This document shows, in pieces, positions 1-9,651 of a stretch of DNA of 64,000 bases. The stretch is taken from assembly GCA_027019165.1 (NCBI GenBank), contig JALUXC010000012.1, positions 440,773-504,772 on the forward strand, read 5' to 3'. The stretch comes from Pseudophaeobacter sp. GTDB lineage: Bacteria; Pseudomonadota; Alphaproteobacteria; Rhodobacterales; Rhodobacteraceae. Position 1 is the first letter of the stretch. Each line of letters begins with the position of its first letter. The position numbers and the translations under genes are program-made. The notes beneath the pieces are model-generated. The model ran no database searches, was not told where the DNA came from, and was given only the letters and a program-made list of their open reading frames with translations.

Positions 1-714
1 GGCGGCGATTTCGGGCACTTCGTCTGTGACGATATACTGGTGCTCCATCGGGTGCAGCGGAAAATAGACACCGGCCATGGCGCCAACCTCGCGCGCCCAG
101 AGGCCGCCAGCGTTGACCACGTGCTCTGCGTGAATGGTGCCTTTCTCGGTGACCACATCCCAGGTGCCATCGGCGCGCTGGTTGGTCTCGACGACCTTGC
201 AGTGGGTTTCGATGGTGGCCCCGCCCATGCGCGCGGCCTTCGCATAGGCATGGGTTGTACCCGAAGGGTCAAGGTGGCCGTCCAAAGGATCGTAAAGCGC
301 ACCGAGGATGCCGTCGGTATTGGTGATCTCCGAGAGTTTTTTAACCTCTTCGGGGCCGATGATGTCGGTCTCCAGCCCCATGAAACGATGCTTGGCCCGT
401 TCGGCCTTCAGCATGTCAAAGCGTTCCTTGTTATCGGCCAGGGTGATGCCGCCCACATGGTGCAGCCCGCAGGACATGCCGGTGATCTCTTCCAGCTCAC
501 GGTAGAGTTTGATCGTATAGCCCTGCAGCGCCGCCATATTGGTATCGCCATTGAGCGTATGAAAGCCGCCCGCCGCGTGCCATGTGGAACCCGAGGTCAG
601 TTCTGAACGTTCGATCAGCATCACATCGGACCAGCCCAGCTTGGTCAGGTGATAAAGGACCGAACAGCCGACGACTCCGCCGCCGATGACCGCGACGCGG
701 GTTGTGGTTTTCAT
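1..714 (-). CDS. GcvT-family FAD-dependent oxidoreductase (dimethylglycine/sarcosine dehydrogenase-like), truncated by window edge
   Basis: Read manually, not in ORF track: ATG at 714, MKTTTRVAVIGGGVVGCSVLYHLTKLGWSDVMLIERSELTSGSTWHAAG. Contains the GxGxxG dinucleotide motif and the family GSTWHAAG motif; frame stays open to base 1. Confidence 0.88.
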   Translation of the reverse strand, partial: MKTTTRVAVIGGGVVGCSVLYHLTKLGWSDVMLIERSELTSGSTWHAAGGFHTLNGDTNMAALQGYTIKLYRELEEITGMSCGLHHVGGITLADNKERFDMLKAERAKHRFMGLETDIIGPEEVKKLSEITNTDGILGALYDPLDGHLDPSGTTHAYAKAARMGGATIETHCKVVETNQRADGTWDVVTEKGTIHAEHVVNAGGLWAREVGAMAGVYFPLHPMEHQYIVTDEVPEIAA

Positions 715-776
715 GACTTTACTCCCTGGCGAGTGGCGTTTTGCTTATTCTGGACAGAAGTGAACAGTAATCCAGT

Positions 777-800
777 GAAAAAGCGACACTCTGTGTCGCT
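777..800 (-). terminator. Hairpin AGCGACAC-TCT-GTGTCGCT with U-tract on minus strand; terminator of the transporter gene or a TF operator
   Basis: Perfect 8-bp inverted repeat at 782-789/793-800, followed by TTTTT on the minus strand; between the 826 stop and the 714 start. Confidence 0.5.
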
Positions 801-825
801 GACTGGCACATGAGGGCCGACGTGG

Positions 826-2448
826 TCAGTCTTCGGTCCGGAACCTGCTGCTTTGCACGATCAGGATGGCAAGCAGGGGCGCCAGCAGGGTCAGCACCGT
901 GACCGTGATCAGCAAAGGCCCCAGTTGAGTGTAATCGGCTGCGGTGACAATCGCGCCAGTGTCATCCTTGACCTCACGCGTGACCACAAAGATCTGGTTG
1001 AGGTACTTGGTGCCAAGGCTTGAGGCGGAGAGCGCCAGATTGGTGAAAGAGGCCATCACCGCAAAGAAAGTCGCCTTGAGGTTTGAAGGCGCGTTGCGGG
1101 CAATCCACGCTAGCATCGGGATCATCGAGACCTGCCCAAGGGGCGATTCAACCGCCGTGTCCACCAGCGCGATGAACCGGGCATTCACAACCCCATTGGT
1201 CATGGCCGAGGTCCATTCATGCACGCCATAGTAAAGGGCCAGATTGGGCAGGCTGAGGATGGCTTCGCTGATGGTCAGGAAGATCACGATCCAGGTGATC
1301 GTGTTCTTGGCCATCATGGGGCGCAGAACGATCATTCCCACCAGTGTCAGGAGGGAGGCGATCAGCGACAGCACCGACAGGAACTGGGGATCAAAGCCCA
1401 AGACATCGATTTCAAACCAGGTGGTGCCGGGGCCGCTCAGCGGCTTGGCACGGTACACAAAGATGATGATCGCGGTTCCGATCAGGGCGCGGGCCTGAGC
1501 CGGGGTTAGCACCGCGATCAGCTGACGCATCAGGAACAGGACAATGGCCATGGATCCGGCAAAGATGATCTCCTGCCCATAGGCAAGATCGCCGAGGCCA
1601 ACGCTCAGCGACAGGGCCACAAATGCGCCGCCGCCGATGAAATACCACCAGTTGACATCTACTGGATCGCGCGGCGGATCCAGCCGCGCCATGACCTCTG
1701 CCACCGACAGCCCGTTGCCACGCAGATGCGCTGTCTTACGCAGGCGCTGCACCAAAGCCAGTGCGACACCGGAGAGTGACAAAACAGGCACCAGGAGCGC
1801 CAGCTCATAGACATGGGCATAAAGCGCGCCTTTTTCGGCCTGAGGCAGAGCCTCGGCCCCTTCGAAGAGAACGACATTGAGGGCCGCTGCCGCGCTGGAG
1901 CCCGCGATCAGCGCGATGCGCCCAAAGGTCTGCATGGTGGTGTGCAGGGCGCGGGTTTCCTCTTCCGGCAAAGCCGCGCCATCCTCGTCTCGCTGCGGCA
2001 CGGCTTCGACCGACATGGCATCGGCCACCACATCCTGCAGAACAAAACCGCAAGGGGCGAGGATGATCGATGTCACGTACCAGGCATTGACCGGCATGAT
2101 GGCTTGCATGGCGTCCGGCATAGTCAGCAGGGCCACAATGACGGCATAGCTCGTGGCCATCAGGGCTGCGCCGAGGAGGATCAGAAGATATTTCCAGCGC
2201 CAGATCAGATCGACCAGGTGCCCGATCGGCATTTTCAGCGCCCAGGGGATGCCGACCCAAAAGCTGAGCCCTGCCAGAAAGGCGGCGGGCAGATCAAGGT
2301 ATTCCTTGACGTAGAAGGCCCCGGCGACCGAGGTGATCCCTTGCGCGCCATAGGCAAAGTAGATCAACAGCGGAGGCAGAAATGACCAGCGCAACTGGCG
2401 AGACAAATCAACGAAGATGCTGTCGATCCAACGCCAGGCGCGTGTCAT
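826..2448 (-). CDS. Folate-biopterin transporter (BT1/FBT)-like MFS membrane protein
   Basis: 540 aa with about 12 hydrophobic segments; PWALKMPIGHLVD and QDVVADAMSVE resemble FBT-family motifs. Confidence 0.7.
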   Translation of the reverse strand: MTRAWRWIDSIFVDLSRQLRWSFLPPLLIYFAYGAQGITSVAGAFYVKEYLDLPAAFLAGLSFWVGIPWALKMPIGHLVDLIWRWKYLLILLGAALMATSYAVIVALLTMPDAMQAIMPVNAWYVTSIILAPCGFVLQDVVADAMSVEAVPQRDEDGAALPEEETRALHTTMQTFGRIALIAGSSAAAALNVVLFEGAEALPQAEKGALYAHVYELALLVPVLSLSGVALALVQRLRKTAHLRGNGLSVAEVMARLDPPRDPVDVNWWYFIGGGAFVALSLSVGLGDLAYGQEIIFAGSMAIVLFLMRQLIAVLTPAQARALIGTAIIIFVYRAKPLSGPGTTWFEIDVLGFDPQFLSVLSLIASLLTLVGMIVLRPMMAKNTITWIVIFLTISEAILSLPNLALYYGVHEWTSAMTNGVVNARFIALVDTAVESPLGQVSMIPMLAWIARNAPSNLKATFFAVMASFTNLALSASSLGTKYLNQIFVVTREVKDDTGAIVTAADYTQLGPLLITVTVLTLLAPLLAILIVQSSRFRTED

Positions 2449-2492
2449 ATGCGTACCTCTCTCCTGTCTCTGCCGGTTTTTGTGGTCCGTAT

Positions 2493-3803
2493 TTATGTCA
2501 GCGGGCGAATTTTGAGACCTGTGACGCGGTTGCCTTCGCGGGCAGTGACTTCGAACCGGAACCCGTGGAAGGAAAACACCTGGCCCACGGTGGGGATCAT
2601 CTGGGCTTCGTGGATAACGAGGCCCGCAATGGTGTTCGCCTCGTCATCGGGCAGGTTCCATTCGGTTGCGCGGTTGAGGTCACGGATGGTGGTCGCACCA
2701 TCCACCATGAAATGCCCGTCCTGAGTTTTCTTGGCCGGTGACTGCTCGGCAGGGTCGAATTCGTCCGTGATCTCGCCCACGATTTCCTCAAGGATGTCCT
2801 CAAGCGTGATCAGCCCCTGCAAGGCTCCGTATTCATCCACCACCAGGGCAAAATGGCTGCGCATGCGCAGGAACTGGCGCATCTGTTCGTCCAGCGTGTT
2901 TGTTTCCGGCACAAAGTAGGGTGGTTTCGCGACCGAAGTGATTTGAAAATTGCGCAAGGCCGCGGCGTCGCCGTCAGGTCCGCCGATCTGAGCATACATG
3001 TCGCGCAACAGATCCTTGGCGTGGACCACGCCGACGATGTTTTCCGGCTCATCCTTGAAGACGGGCAGGCGCGTGTGAGGGGAGGTCAGGCATTGCTCCA
3101 GAATGGCCTCGGGATCGGCGTTGGCGTCAATCATCTCGATATGGGAGCGGTGCAGCATGATCTCTTCTACAAAGCGGTCGGACAGATCCAGCGCGCCCAG
3201 GATGCGGTCGCGGTCTTCCTTTTCCACGACGCCTTCGGAGTGGCCGAGGTGCAGGGCGCCGGCGATCTCTTCGCGCACGGCCATGATGTGGCTGTCAGGG
3301 TCAATCCGTACGCCAAAGACGCGCAGAACGGTGCGCACAAGCAGGCGCACAGCGCCCACGACGGGGGCCAATACGGTCACCAGAAAGCCGATCGCGGGGG
3401 CCACGGCAGAGGCCGCCTTTTCCGCATTCGATATTGCATATGTCTTGGGCAGGACCTCGGCAAAGATCAGCACCAGCAGCGTCATCACCAAGGTTGCCAG
3501 CGCCACCCCGCTTTCGCCAAAAGCCCGCGTGAACAAGGCGGTCGCAAGCGAGGTTGCAAGAATGTTCACAAGGTTATTGCCCAGCAACACCGAGCCGATC
3601 AGCCGCTCGCTGTCTTCGGTCACGGCAAGGGCACGCTGTGCCCCGCGCGAGCCCTTGTCTGCCTGGCTGCGCAGCTTTCCGCGCGAGGCAGCTGTCAGCG
3701 CGGTTTCGGAGCCCGAAAAGAACCCCGACAGAACGAGCAAGAGCACAATCGATCCGGCCGTGAACCAAAAGGCACTGTCCAGGGTTGCAAGTTCGGTTTC
3801 CAT
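2493..3803 (-). CDS. HlyC/CorC (CNNM-CBS-CorC) family transporter
   Basis: FFSGSETA motif, CNNM membrane domain, CBS pair (VVDEYGALQGLITLEDILEEIVGEI), C-terminal CorC domain. Confidence 0.92.
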   Translation of the reverse strand: METELATLDSAFWFTAGSIVLLLVLSGFFSGSETALTAASRGKLRSQADKGSRGAQRALAVTEDSERLIGSVLLGNNLVNILATSLATALFTRAFGESGVALATLVMTLLVLIFAEVLPKTYAISNAEKAASAVAPAIGFLVTVLAPVVGAVRLLVRTVLRVFGVRIDPDSHIMAVREEIAGALHLGHSEGVVEKEDRDRILGALDLSDRFVEEIMLHRSHIEMIDANADPEAILEQCLTSPHTRLPVFKDEPENIVGVVHAKDLLRDMYAQIGGPDGDAAALRNFQITSVAKPPYFVPETNTLDEQMRQFLRMRSHFALVVDEYGALQGLITLEDILEEIVGEITDEFDPAEQSPAKKTQDGHFMVDGATTIRDLNRATEWNLPDDEANTIAGLVIHEAQMIPTVGQVFSFHGFRFEVTAREGNRVTGLKIRPLT

Positions 3804-3898
3804 GTCAGGTTCCGTTTTTCAAAGGGTTTTCCCGGTTATGGGGTCCACAGGGGTTCGGTTCAAGGGGGCAGGCTGCGGTCATCGACATGCAGGCCTGG

Positions 3899-4861
3899 CT
3901 AGTCCCGGTCAGGGCGCGATTTTGGACGCGATAGCGGGTGATGTTCCAGCACCAGTTCGCTCAGACGCGCATCTAGAACATGGGTGTAGATCTCAGTTGT
4001 GGCGATGTCGGCATGTCCGAGCAAAGCCTGTATCGCCCGAAGGTCAGCGCCATTGGCCAATAGATGCGTTGCAAAGGCATGGCGCAGGGTGTGGGGCGTC
4101 ACCTTGTCTGGTGAAACACCGCCGCTTGCCGCGAACTCTTTGATCAGCAGAAAGAATCTCTGCCGGGTGAGGTGCCCGGCCTTTCCGCGCGAGGGAAACA
4201 GAAACCGGGAAGGGGGGTGACCCTTTGCTTCGCGCTCGGCCTCTTCTGCATCGCGCGTGGTGAGCCAGGCGGCCAGAGCCTCGCGGGCTGGCGGGGACAG
4301 GGGGACCATGCGCTCCTTGCCGCCTTTCCCCATGACCAATAGCATACGCGGATCGCCGCGGGCCGCAGAAACGGGCAGCGAGACCAGCTCGCTCACCCGC
4401 ATGCCTGTGGCATAGAGCAGCTCCATCAGGCAGCTGTTTCGCAGCCTCTCCATCTGGGTGCGGCCACTGGCCCGGGCTGCATCCAGCAGCCGGTCCACTT
4501 CGATCACCTCAAGTGTTTTTGGCAATGCCTTGCGGCGCCCCGGCCCCTTGATCTGGATCGCCGGATTGTCTGTGCGCCAGCCTTCCTCAAATGCAAAACG
4601 ATACAACTGGCGGATGGCCGACAGGCGGCGCGCCCGTGTTGCCCGCGACAGCCCTTCAGCATCGCAGGCCACAAGGTAAGCTTCGATCTGCTCCTGGACC
4701 ACGGCAGCAAAATCGGTGCCTTGCCGCGTAGCCCATCCGGCAAAGTCCCTTAAATCGCGTCCATAGGCTAGGAGTGTATTGCGCGTCGCGCCCAGGTCTG
4801 CCGCCTGCGCATCCAAAAAGGTCGCAATCCAAAGGTGATCATCCTTTGGCGCGCCCGTCAT
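3899..4861 (-). CDS. xerD: Tyrosine recombinase XerD
   Basis: LLYATGMRVSEL, GKGGKER, HTLRHAFATHLL, LLGHADIATTEIYTH carry the catalytic R-K-H-R-H-Y set. Confidence 0.9.
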   Translation of the reverse strand: MTGAPKDDHLWIATFLDAQAADLGATRNTLLAYGRDLRDFAGWATRQGTDFAAVVQEQIEAYLVACDAEGLSRATRARRLSAIRQLYRFAFEEGWRTDNPAIQIKGPGRRKALPKTLEVIEVDRLLDAARASGRTQMERLRNSCLMELLYATGMRVSELVSLPVSAARGDPRMLLVMGKGGKERMVPLSPPAREALAAWLTTRDAEEAEREAKGHPPSRFLFPSRGKAGHLTRQRFFLLIKEFAASGGVSPDKVTPHTLRHAFATHLLANGADLRAIQALLGHADIATTEIYTHVLDARLSELVLEHHPLSRPKSRPDRD

Positions 4862-6417
4862 CCGCGGCGGTCCAGCAGCAAAAGCTGGAGGGATGCGCGC
4901 CGCGCCGTATCTTCCAGCCCCATGGCGCGGAAGGACATCAAAGCCCCTGTGAGATCGCCAAGATTGCCATCTGCTCCGCGCGCAAACAGGGCCATGCTGT
5001 GCAGGATTGCCTCGCCAAGCTGCCCGTTATCCAGGTGGCGACGCACGGAAAGGGGCAGATCCGCCTGGCCAGCAAAACCGGCCGCTATGCTGCGGGCGAG
5101 TTCTGACGGGGGTGTTGCCTCTTGAGGACGCCCCTGTGCCAGAGCGGCAAGGAACAGATCTTCGGCACTCTGCGACGGAGGTCTGCGGGCCGCAAGCTCG
5201 TAGGTGGGGGCCAAGAGGCGAATGCGCCAAGACAGTTCCTCGGCCTCGTCCGGAAGCTGCATGCGCGCCAGATCGTCGGCAAACAGATCGGCAAAGGCAA
5301 CCTCTGTTCGGGCGGCCGTGGCTGCCTGCCATGCCGAGGTCAGTGCCTCGGACACCCTCTCTGGATCAGCAGGCGGGCGTCCTTCAAGCGCGTTGCCATG
5401 CAGCGCCAGTTCAAACGCCTGCAGGGCGTCGACCCGGTCCCATATCCCGCCCGATGCCGCGGGGCTGCGCTCGGTGAACAGGCCCAACAGCTGGTTCGGG
5501 TTGAGCGCGCCGATGCGCGTCAGCCGTTCGGCGGCCTCAAGCTGAGCTTTCCAGCCGGCAATGTCGCGCAGATCCGCGGCCGCATAGGGGCGCGGCAGCG
5601 GCGCTGTCGGCAAGCGCTCTCCGATCGTTTCAAACAGCCGGAAGGTCAGCGGGTCGAGTGTTTCGGGAGCAGGAAGCGGCGGCGCGCCCTCAAAAATGTC
5701 GGGGTTCAGGAAACGGTCCAAAAGCGCGAGGCGGTCAGAAGGCAACAGACCCAAGGCATGAGCCGATTCAAGCATAAGGGCTGCCGTTGGCCAATCCCCG
5801 CGCCGAGCGGCGCAAAAGATCCGCGCGCCGTAGTCCGGTGCCAGGTAGGGGGCTGCAGTCAGGGCAGCGCAGGCGCGATCCTCATCTCCGGTCAACAAGG
5901 TGGCATCGAACCAACGGGCAAATCGACCGCTGGAGGTTGTCGGCCCGGCTTGCTCCGCCAAGGCCTGAGCTGGATCAATCGCTCCCAATGAGATGAGACG
6001 GTCCAGCCGGGCAAGGAGTATCGCATCATCGCCAGAGGGCAGCGGCCGACTCTCCGACAAAAGAAGCGTGAACAGCAGCGATTGCATCGCCGGGCTGTTG
6101 CGCACCGGAACCTCTCGGATCAAACGCGCGATGTCCTTCGGATCGCTGCTGCGCCAGAGATCGACTGGCAGCCCGGTTGCCGAGGGCGCGACAAGGCCGA
6201 TGGGCGGCAAGAGCGCCTCGAGCGGGGTAACCGTGATTTCGGGGCGCGCCGCGCTTCCGGTGACTGCAGGTTCCATCAGGACTGTCTCGGGAATATCCTG
6301 AACAGTCGGCTGACCAAGCCAGTCGATGACAGTCAAAGGCTCTTCGGCCTGTGCAGCGCCAAAGAGCACCACGGCATGGAAGGCGGTCAGTGTCAGAATG
6401 GACGGCCTAGTCGGCAT
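4858..6417 (-). CDS. Hypothetical exported alpha-helical protein
   Basis: 519 aa with signal-peptide-like N-terminus ending AQA; stop overlaps the xerD start (ATGA). Confidence 0.75.
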   Translation of the reverse strand: MPTRPSILTLTAFHAVVLFGAAQAEEPLTVIDWLGQPTVQDIPETVLMEPAVTGSAARPEITVTPLEALLPPIGLVAPSATGLPVDLWRSSDPKDIARLIREVPVRNSPAMQSLLFTLLLSESRPLPSGDDAILLARLDRLISLGAIDPAQALAEQAGPTTSSGRFARWFDATLLTGDEDRACAALTAAPYLAPDYGARIFCAARRGDWPTAALMLESAHALGLLPSDRLALLDRFLNPDIFEGAPPLPAPETLDPLTFRLFETIGERLPTAPLPRPYAAADLRDIAGWKAQLEAAERLTRIGALNPNQLLGLFTERSPAASGGIWDRVDALQAFELALHGNALEGRPPADPERVSEALTSAWQAATAARTEVAFADLFADDLARMQLPDEAEELSWRIRLLAPTYELAARRPPSQSAEDLFLAALAQGRPQEATPPSELARSIAAGFAGQADLPLSVRRHLDNGQLGEAILHSMALFARGADGNLGDLTGALMSFRAMGLEDTARRASLQLLLLDRRG

Positions 6418-6556
6418 TCAAAACCACCGGTTTGCGGACCTCTTCGGTTGGGGCGCTGAAATCGGCGCCGAACCAAGGGCCGATATAGGCGTATCCCACC
6501 AGCCCGATCCCAGCCAGGATCACGATGTAAAACAAGTATTTGATCAAGCGCGCCAT
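6407..6556 (-). CDS. Small single-TM hypothetical protein (49 aa)
   Basis: Read manually: MARLIKYLFYIVILAGIGLVGYAYIGPWFGADFSAPTEEVRKPVVLNAD*. GGGA upstream of ATG; stop overlaps the start of the next gene. Confidence 0.72.
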   Translation of the reverse strand: MARLIKYLFYIVILAGIGLVGYAYIGPWFGADFSAPTEEVRKPVVLNAD

Positions 6557-6637
6557 GACGTCCCTGCTGCCTGCTTCTTTGTGTTTTGTTCAAGTTATAT
6601 ATGGCCTTTTTTGCAATATCACGTCATTCACTGAAGA

Positions 6638-7228
6638 ATGAGCGAAAAAGAGCGAACAGACGAAACCGTGATATCTCAGGCCGTGCCGATCCGGTTGAAG
6701 AAGACTGTTGTCATGGTCGGCATGATGGGCGCCGGAAAAACTGCTGTAGGGCGGGCCTTGGCCGCGCGCCTTGGCGTGCCCTTTCTGGACAGTGATCATG
6801 AAATTGAAGCCGCTGCCAATATGTCGATTCCCGAGATCTTTGCCCGCGATGGTGAACCCTTTTTTCGATTGAAGGAGCGGCAGGTCATTTCCCGTTTGCT
6901 GGAGGAAGAGCGCGGGATTTTGTCGACCGGTGGGGGCGCCTTTTTGGCAAAGGAAAATCGGGATTTGATCTCGAAAGGGGGCGTTTCGGTCTGGCTGCAG
7001 GCGGATCTTGAGGTGCTGTGGAACCGGGTGCGCCACCGTGATACCCGCCCGCTGCTGCGCACGCCCGATCCCAAGGGGACATTGCGCGGCCTGTATGAGG
7101 CGCGGGTGCCGCTCTACGCAAAGGCTGATCTGACGGTGACATCGGACGGGCATGCCTCGATTGAAGAAATGGTCGACCGGGTCCTTGAAGCGCTGAAAAC
7201 CCGCCCTGACGTATTGGAATGGAACTAG
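6638..7228 (+). CDS. aroK: Shikimate kinase
   Basis: GMMGAGKT P-loop, DSDHEIE, STGGG, RPLL motifs. Confidence 0.96.
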   Translation: MSEKERTDETVISQAVPIRLKKTVVMVGMMGAGKTAVGRALAARLGVPFLDSDHEIEAAANMSIPEIFARDGEPFFRLKERQVISRLLEEERGILSTGGGAFLAKENRDLISKGGVSVWLQADLEVLWNRVRHRDTRPLLRTPDPKGTLRGLYEARVPLYAKADLTVTSDGHASIEEMVDRVLEALKTRPDVLEWN

Positions 7229-8347
7229 ATGGAACGCATCGTACATGTGCCCCTTGGGGAGCGCGCCTATGACGTGGTGATTGGTCCCGGCCTGTTGCAG
7301 GAGGCCGGCCAGCGGATCAAACCTCTGTTGAAGCGCCCGCGCGTGGCGGTTTTGACGGATGAGACGGTTGCCGGACTGCACCTTGACGCTCTGCGCGCAG
7401 GCCTGGCCCGGGAAGGGATCGAAATGGATGCCCTGGCGTTGCCACCGGGCGAAAGCACCAAGGGATGGCCTCAGTTTACCCGCGCGGTCGAGTGGCTTTT
7501 GGACAAGCGGATCGAACGTTCTGACATCGTGGTTGCCTTTGGGGGTGGGGTCGTCGGAGACCTTGCGGGTTTTGCCGCCGCCGTTCTGCGCCGCGGCGTA
7601 CGCTTCGTGCAGATCCCCACTTCGCTGCTGGCACAGGTGGACAGTTCGGTCGGAGGCAAAACAGGCATCAATGCGCCGCAGGGCAAGAACCTGATCGGCG
7701 CCTTTCATCAGCCCTCGCTGGTGCTGGCCGATACCGAGGTGCTGGGCACTTTGACCGCGCGGGATTTCCTGGCCGGCTATGGCGAGGTGGTGAAATACGG
7801 TCTGCTGGGGGATGCCGCCTTCTTTGATTGGCTCGAAGAACAGGGGCCAAAGCTGGCTGCGGGTGACATGGGCGCACGGGTGGAGGCGGTCGGGCGCTCT
7901 GTGCAGATGAAGGCCGATATCGTGGTCCGGGATGAAACCGAGCAGGGAGATCGCGCGCTCTTGAACCTTGGCCACACCTTTTGCCATGCCTTCGAGGCGG
8001 CGACAGGCTATTCGGAACGGCTGTTGCATGGTGAAGGGGTCGCGATCGGCTGCGCGATGGCGTTCGAGCTTTCGGCCCGGCTGGGTCTGTGCAGTCAGGA
8101 AGACCCGAGCCGGGTGCGTGCGCATCTGAAGGAAATGGGCATGAAGGCAGATCTTGCCGATATCCCTGGGGACCTGCCGGATGCCGGGGCGCTGCTGGAC
8201 CTCATGGCGCAGGACAAGAAAGTTGTAGATGGGCAGCTGCGTTTCATTCTTGCACGCGGCATCGGCTCGGCTTTTGTCACTGCGGAGGTTCCGCGCGATG
8301 CAGTCCTTTCTGTGCTGAAAGATGCACTGGCCCTGCGCGACACCTAA
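7229..8347 (+). CDS. aroB: 3-dehydroquinate synthase
   Basis: GGGVVGDLAGF, QVDSSVGGKTGIN, LNLGHTFCHA, LHGEGVAIG motifs. Confidence 0.97.
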   Translation: MERIVHVPLGERAYDVVIGPGLLQEAGQRIKPLLKRPRVAVLTDETVAGLHLDALRAGLAREGIEMDALALPPGESTKGWPQFTRAVEWLLDKRIERSDIVVAFGGGVVGDLAGFAAAVLRRGVRFVQIPTSLLAQVDSSVGGKTGINAPQGKNLIGAFHQPSLVLADTEVLGTLTARDFLAGYGEVVKYGLLGDAAFFDWLEEQGPKLAAGDMGARVEAVGRSVQMKADIVVRDETEQGDRALLNLGHTFCHAFEAATGYSERLLHGEGVAIGCAMAFELSARLGLCSQEDPSRVRAHLKEMGMKADLADIPGDLPDAGALLDLMAQDKKVVDGQLRFILARGIGSAFVTAEVPRDAVLSVLKDALALRDT

Positions 8348-8374
8348 GGCAGACGTCCCGAAAAGGGGCGCAGA

Positions 8375-9454
8375 TCAGCGCCCCTGGACCACCATCAACT
8401 CCCCAATGTTCTCTGCGGTGACATAGCCGGCTATTGTGCCTGTCTTTGTGGTCACAACAACGGCGGGCGCGCCGGCGTGCAGGCTGTCCAAAATGGCATC
8501 TAGACCTGCGGACAGTGGAACGGTTGGAATGTCGGTCTGCATGATCGCAGAGACTTGTGTGAAGCGGGGCTGGTCGGCGGCGAGCGCAGAAAACAGTGCA
8601 CTTCGGGTGAGAAAACCTAAAGGGTGGCCAGAGGGATCCAGGACCGGAAATTCGTGCTGTGTGGTGCGGATCACGGCGGCCGAGGCCGTTTCCAGTGTAT
8701 CATCCGGCTTGAGAGGCTCAAAACGGGTGATCATGGCATCGCGCGCAAGAAACTGCCGGGACAGATCCCGCATGGCAACATCCTGGTTTTCCGCATTGGC
8801 CGCGATAAAGACAAATCCAGCAACCAAAACGAGGATTGGATTGCCCGACGTTAGGCCAAGGTAGGCCAGACCGATGGCACAGATTTGCCCCGCAAGCGCG
8901 GCGACTCGTGTGGCAAGAACCCGATCCATCTTTAGGCACAAGGCCGCGCGCAAGACCCGTCCGCCGTCCATCGGGAAGGCCGGAATGAGGTTAAAGATGG
9001 CAAGGATCAGGTTCACCGCAGCCAGGCGTCCAAGGAAAGTCCAGATCGAAAACTGCTGTCCGGGGTCGGTCAGGCTTTCCAAAGTCCATTGCCCCGCGCC
9101 GATCACCACCAGAAATCCCCAAATCGCGACATTCACAGCTGGGCCAGCCAAGGCTACTGCGATTTCATGCCAGGGGTTGGTCGGCATGCGTTCAAGCCGG
9201 GCCAGCCCGCCAATCGGCAGCAGGGTAATGTCCGGGGTCGCAATCCCATAGCGCCGTGCCATCAGAGTATGACCAAATTCATGTGCCAGAACGCAGGCAA
9301 ACAGGGCGACAACGAAGCCTGTGTTCTCGATCGCGCCGGCAAGCCCGCTTTCGGAGTAGGCAGACAGGGCGATCCAGCCAAGCAACAGGAAGAAGGTGAC
9401 ATGAACCCTCACATCCGAACCCAGGAGCCGACCAAGAGAGAAAGACCATGTCAT
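8375..9454 (-). CDS. Site-2 (M50) zinc metalloprotease with CBS domains
   Basis: HEFGH zinc motif, NLIPAFPMDGG (NxxPxxxxDG), multiple TM segments, C-terminal CBS pair. Confidence 0.9.
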   Translation of the reverse strand: MTWSFSLGRLLGSDVRVHVTFFLLLGWIALSAYSESGLAGAIENTGFVVALFACVLAHEFGHTLMARRYGIATPDITLLPIGGLARLERMPTNPWHEIAVALAGPAVNVAIWGFLVVIGAGQWTLESLTDPGQQFSIWTFLGRLAAVNLILAIFNLIPAFPMDGGRVLRAALCLKMDRVLATRVAALAGQICAIGLAYLGLTSGNPILVLVAGFVFIAANAENQDVAMRDLSRQFLARDAMITRFEPLKPDDTLETASAAVIRTTQHEFPVLDPSGHPLGFLTRSALFSALAADQPRFTQVSAIMQTDIPTVPLSAGLDAILDSLHAGAPAVVVTTKTGTIAGYVTAENIGELMVVQGR

Positions 9455-9552
9455 GATTGTCGTTCCTTGAATTCGAAATTTGCCTGCTTGTTTGGAAAGA
9501 GGCCATTGATGTCTCAGGTATTACGCGAAATACGGCGGACCCGGAACACAAG

Positions 9553-9581
9553 AAACCCGCACGCGGCATCGGTGCGGGTTT
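9553..9581. terminator. Inverted repeat, probable terminator of the VPLPA-CTERM gene
   Basis: AAACCCGCAC-N9-GTGCGGGTTT, about 70 bp downstream of the 9652 stop. Confidence 0.55.
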
Positions 9582-9651
9582 GAATTCGTCGGTTGGCGAT
9601 ATTGCGCGGCAGGCCAAATGGGAAAAAGTAGTAGCCTGAGATCTTGCCAGG

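Noticed and set aside
714-826. Glycine or THF riboswitch upstream of the GcvT-type gene
   Set aside because: Only 111 bp, partly occupied by a simple hairpin; no aptamer consensus recognised.
3899-4861. Tyrosine recombinase as marker of an integrative element
   Set aside because: Sequence and core-gene context fit housekeeping XerD; no att repeats, tRNA target or cargo seen.
6590-8125. Long antisense ORFs (also 18520..20175, 25037..27154, 45632..47110, 15043..16005, 60606..61340 and many shorter ones)
   Set aside because: They lie opposite well-supported genes, have no recognisable motifs, and are the expected shadow of high-GC codon bias.
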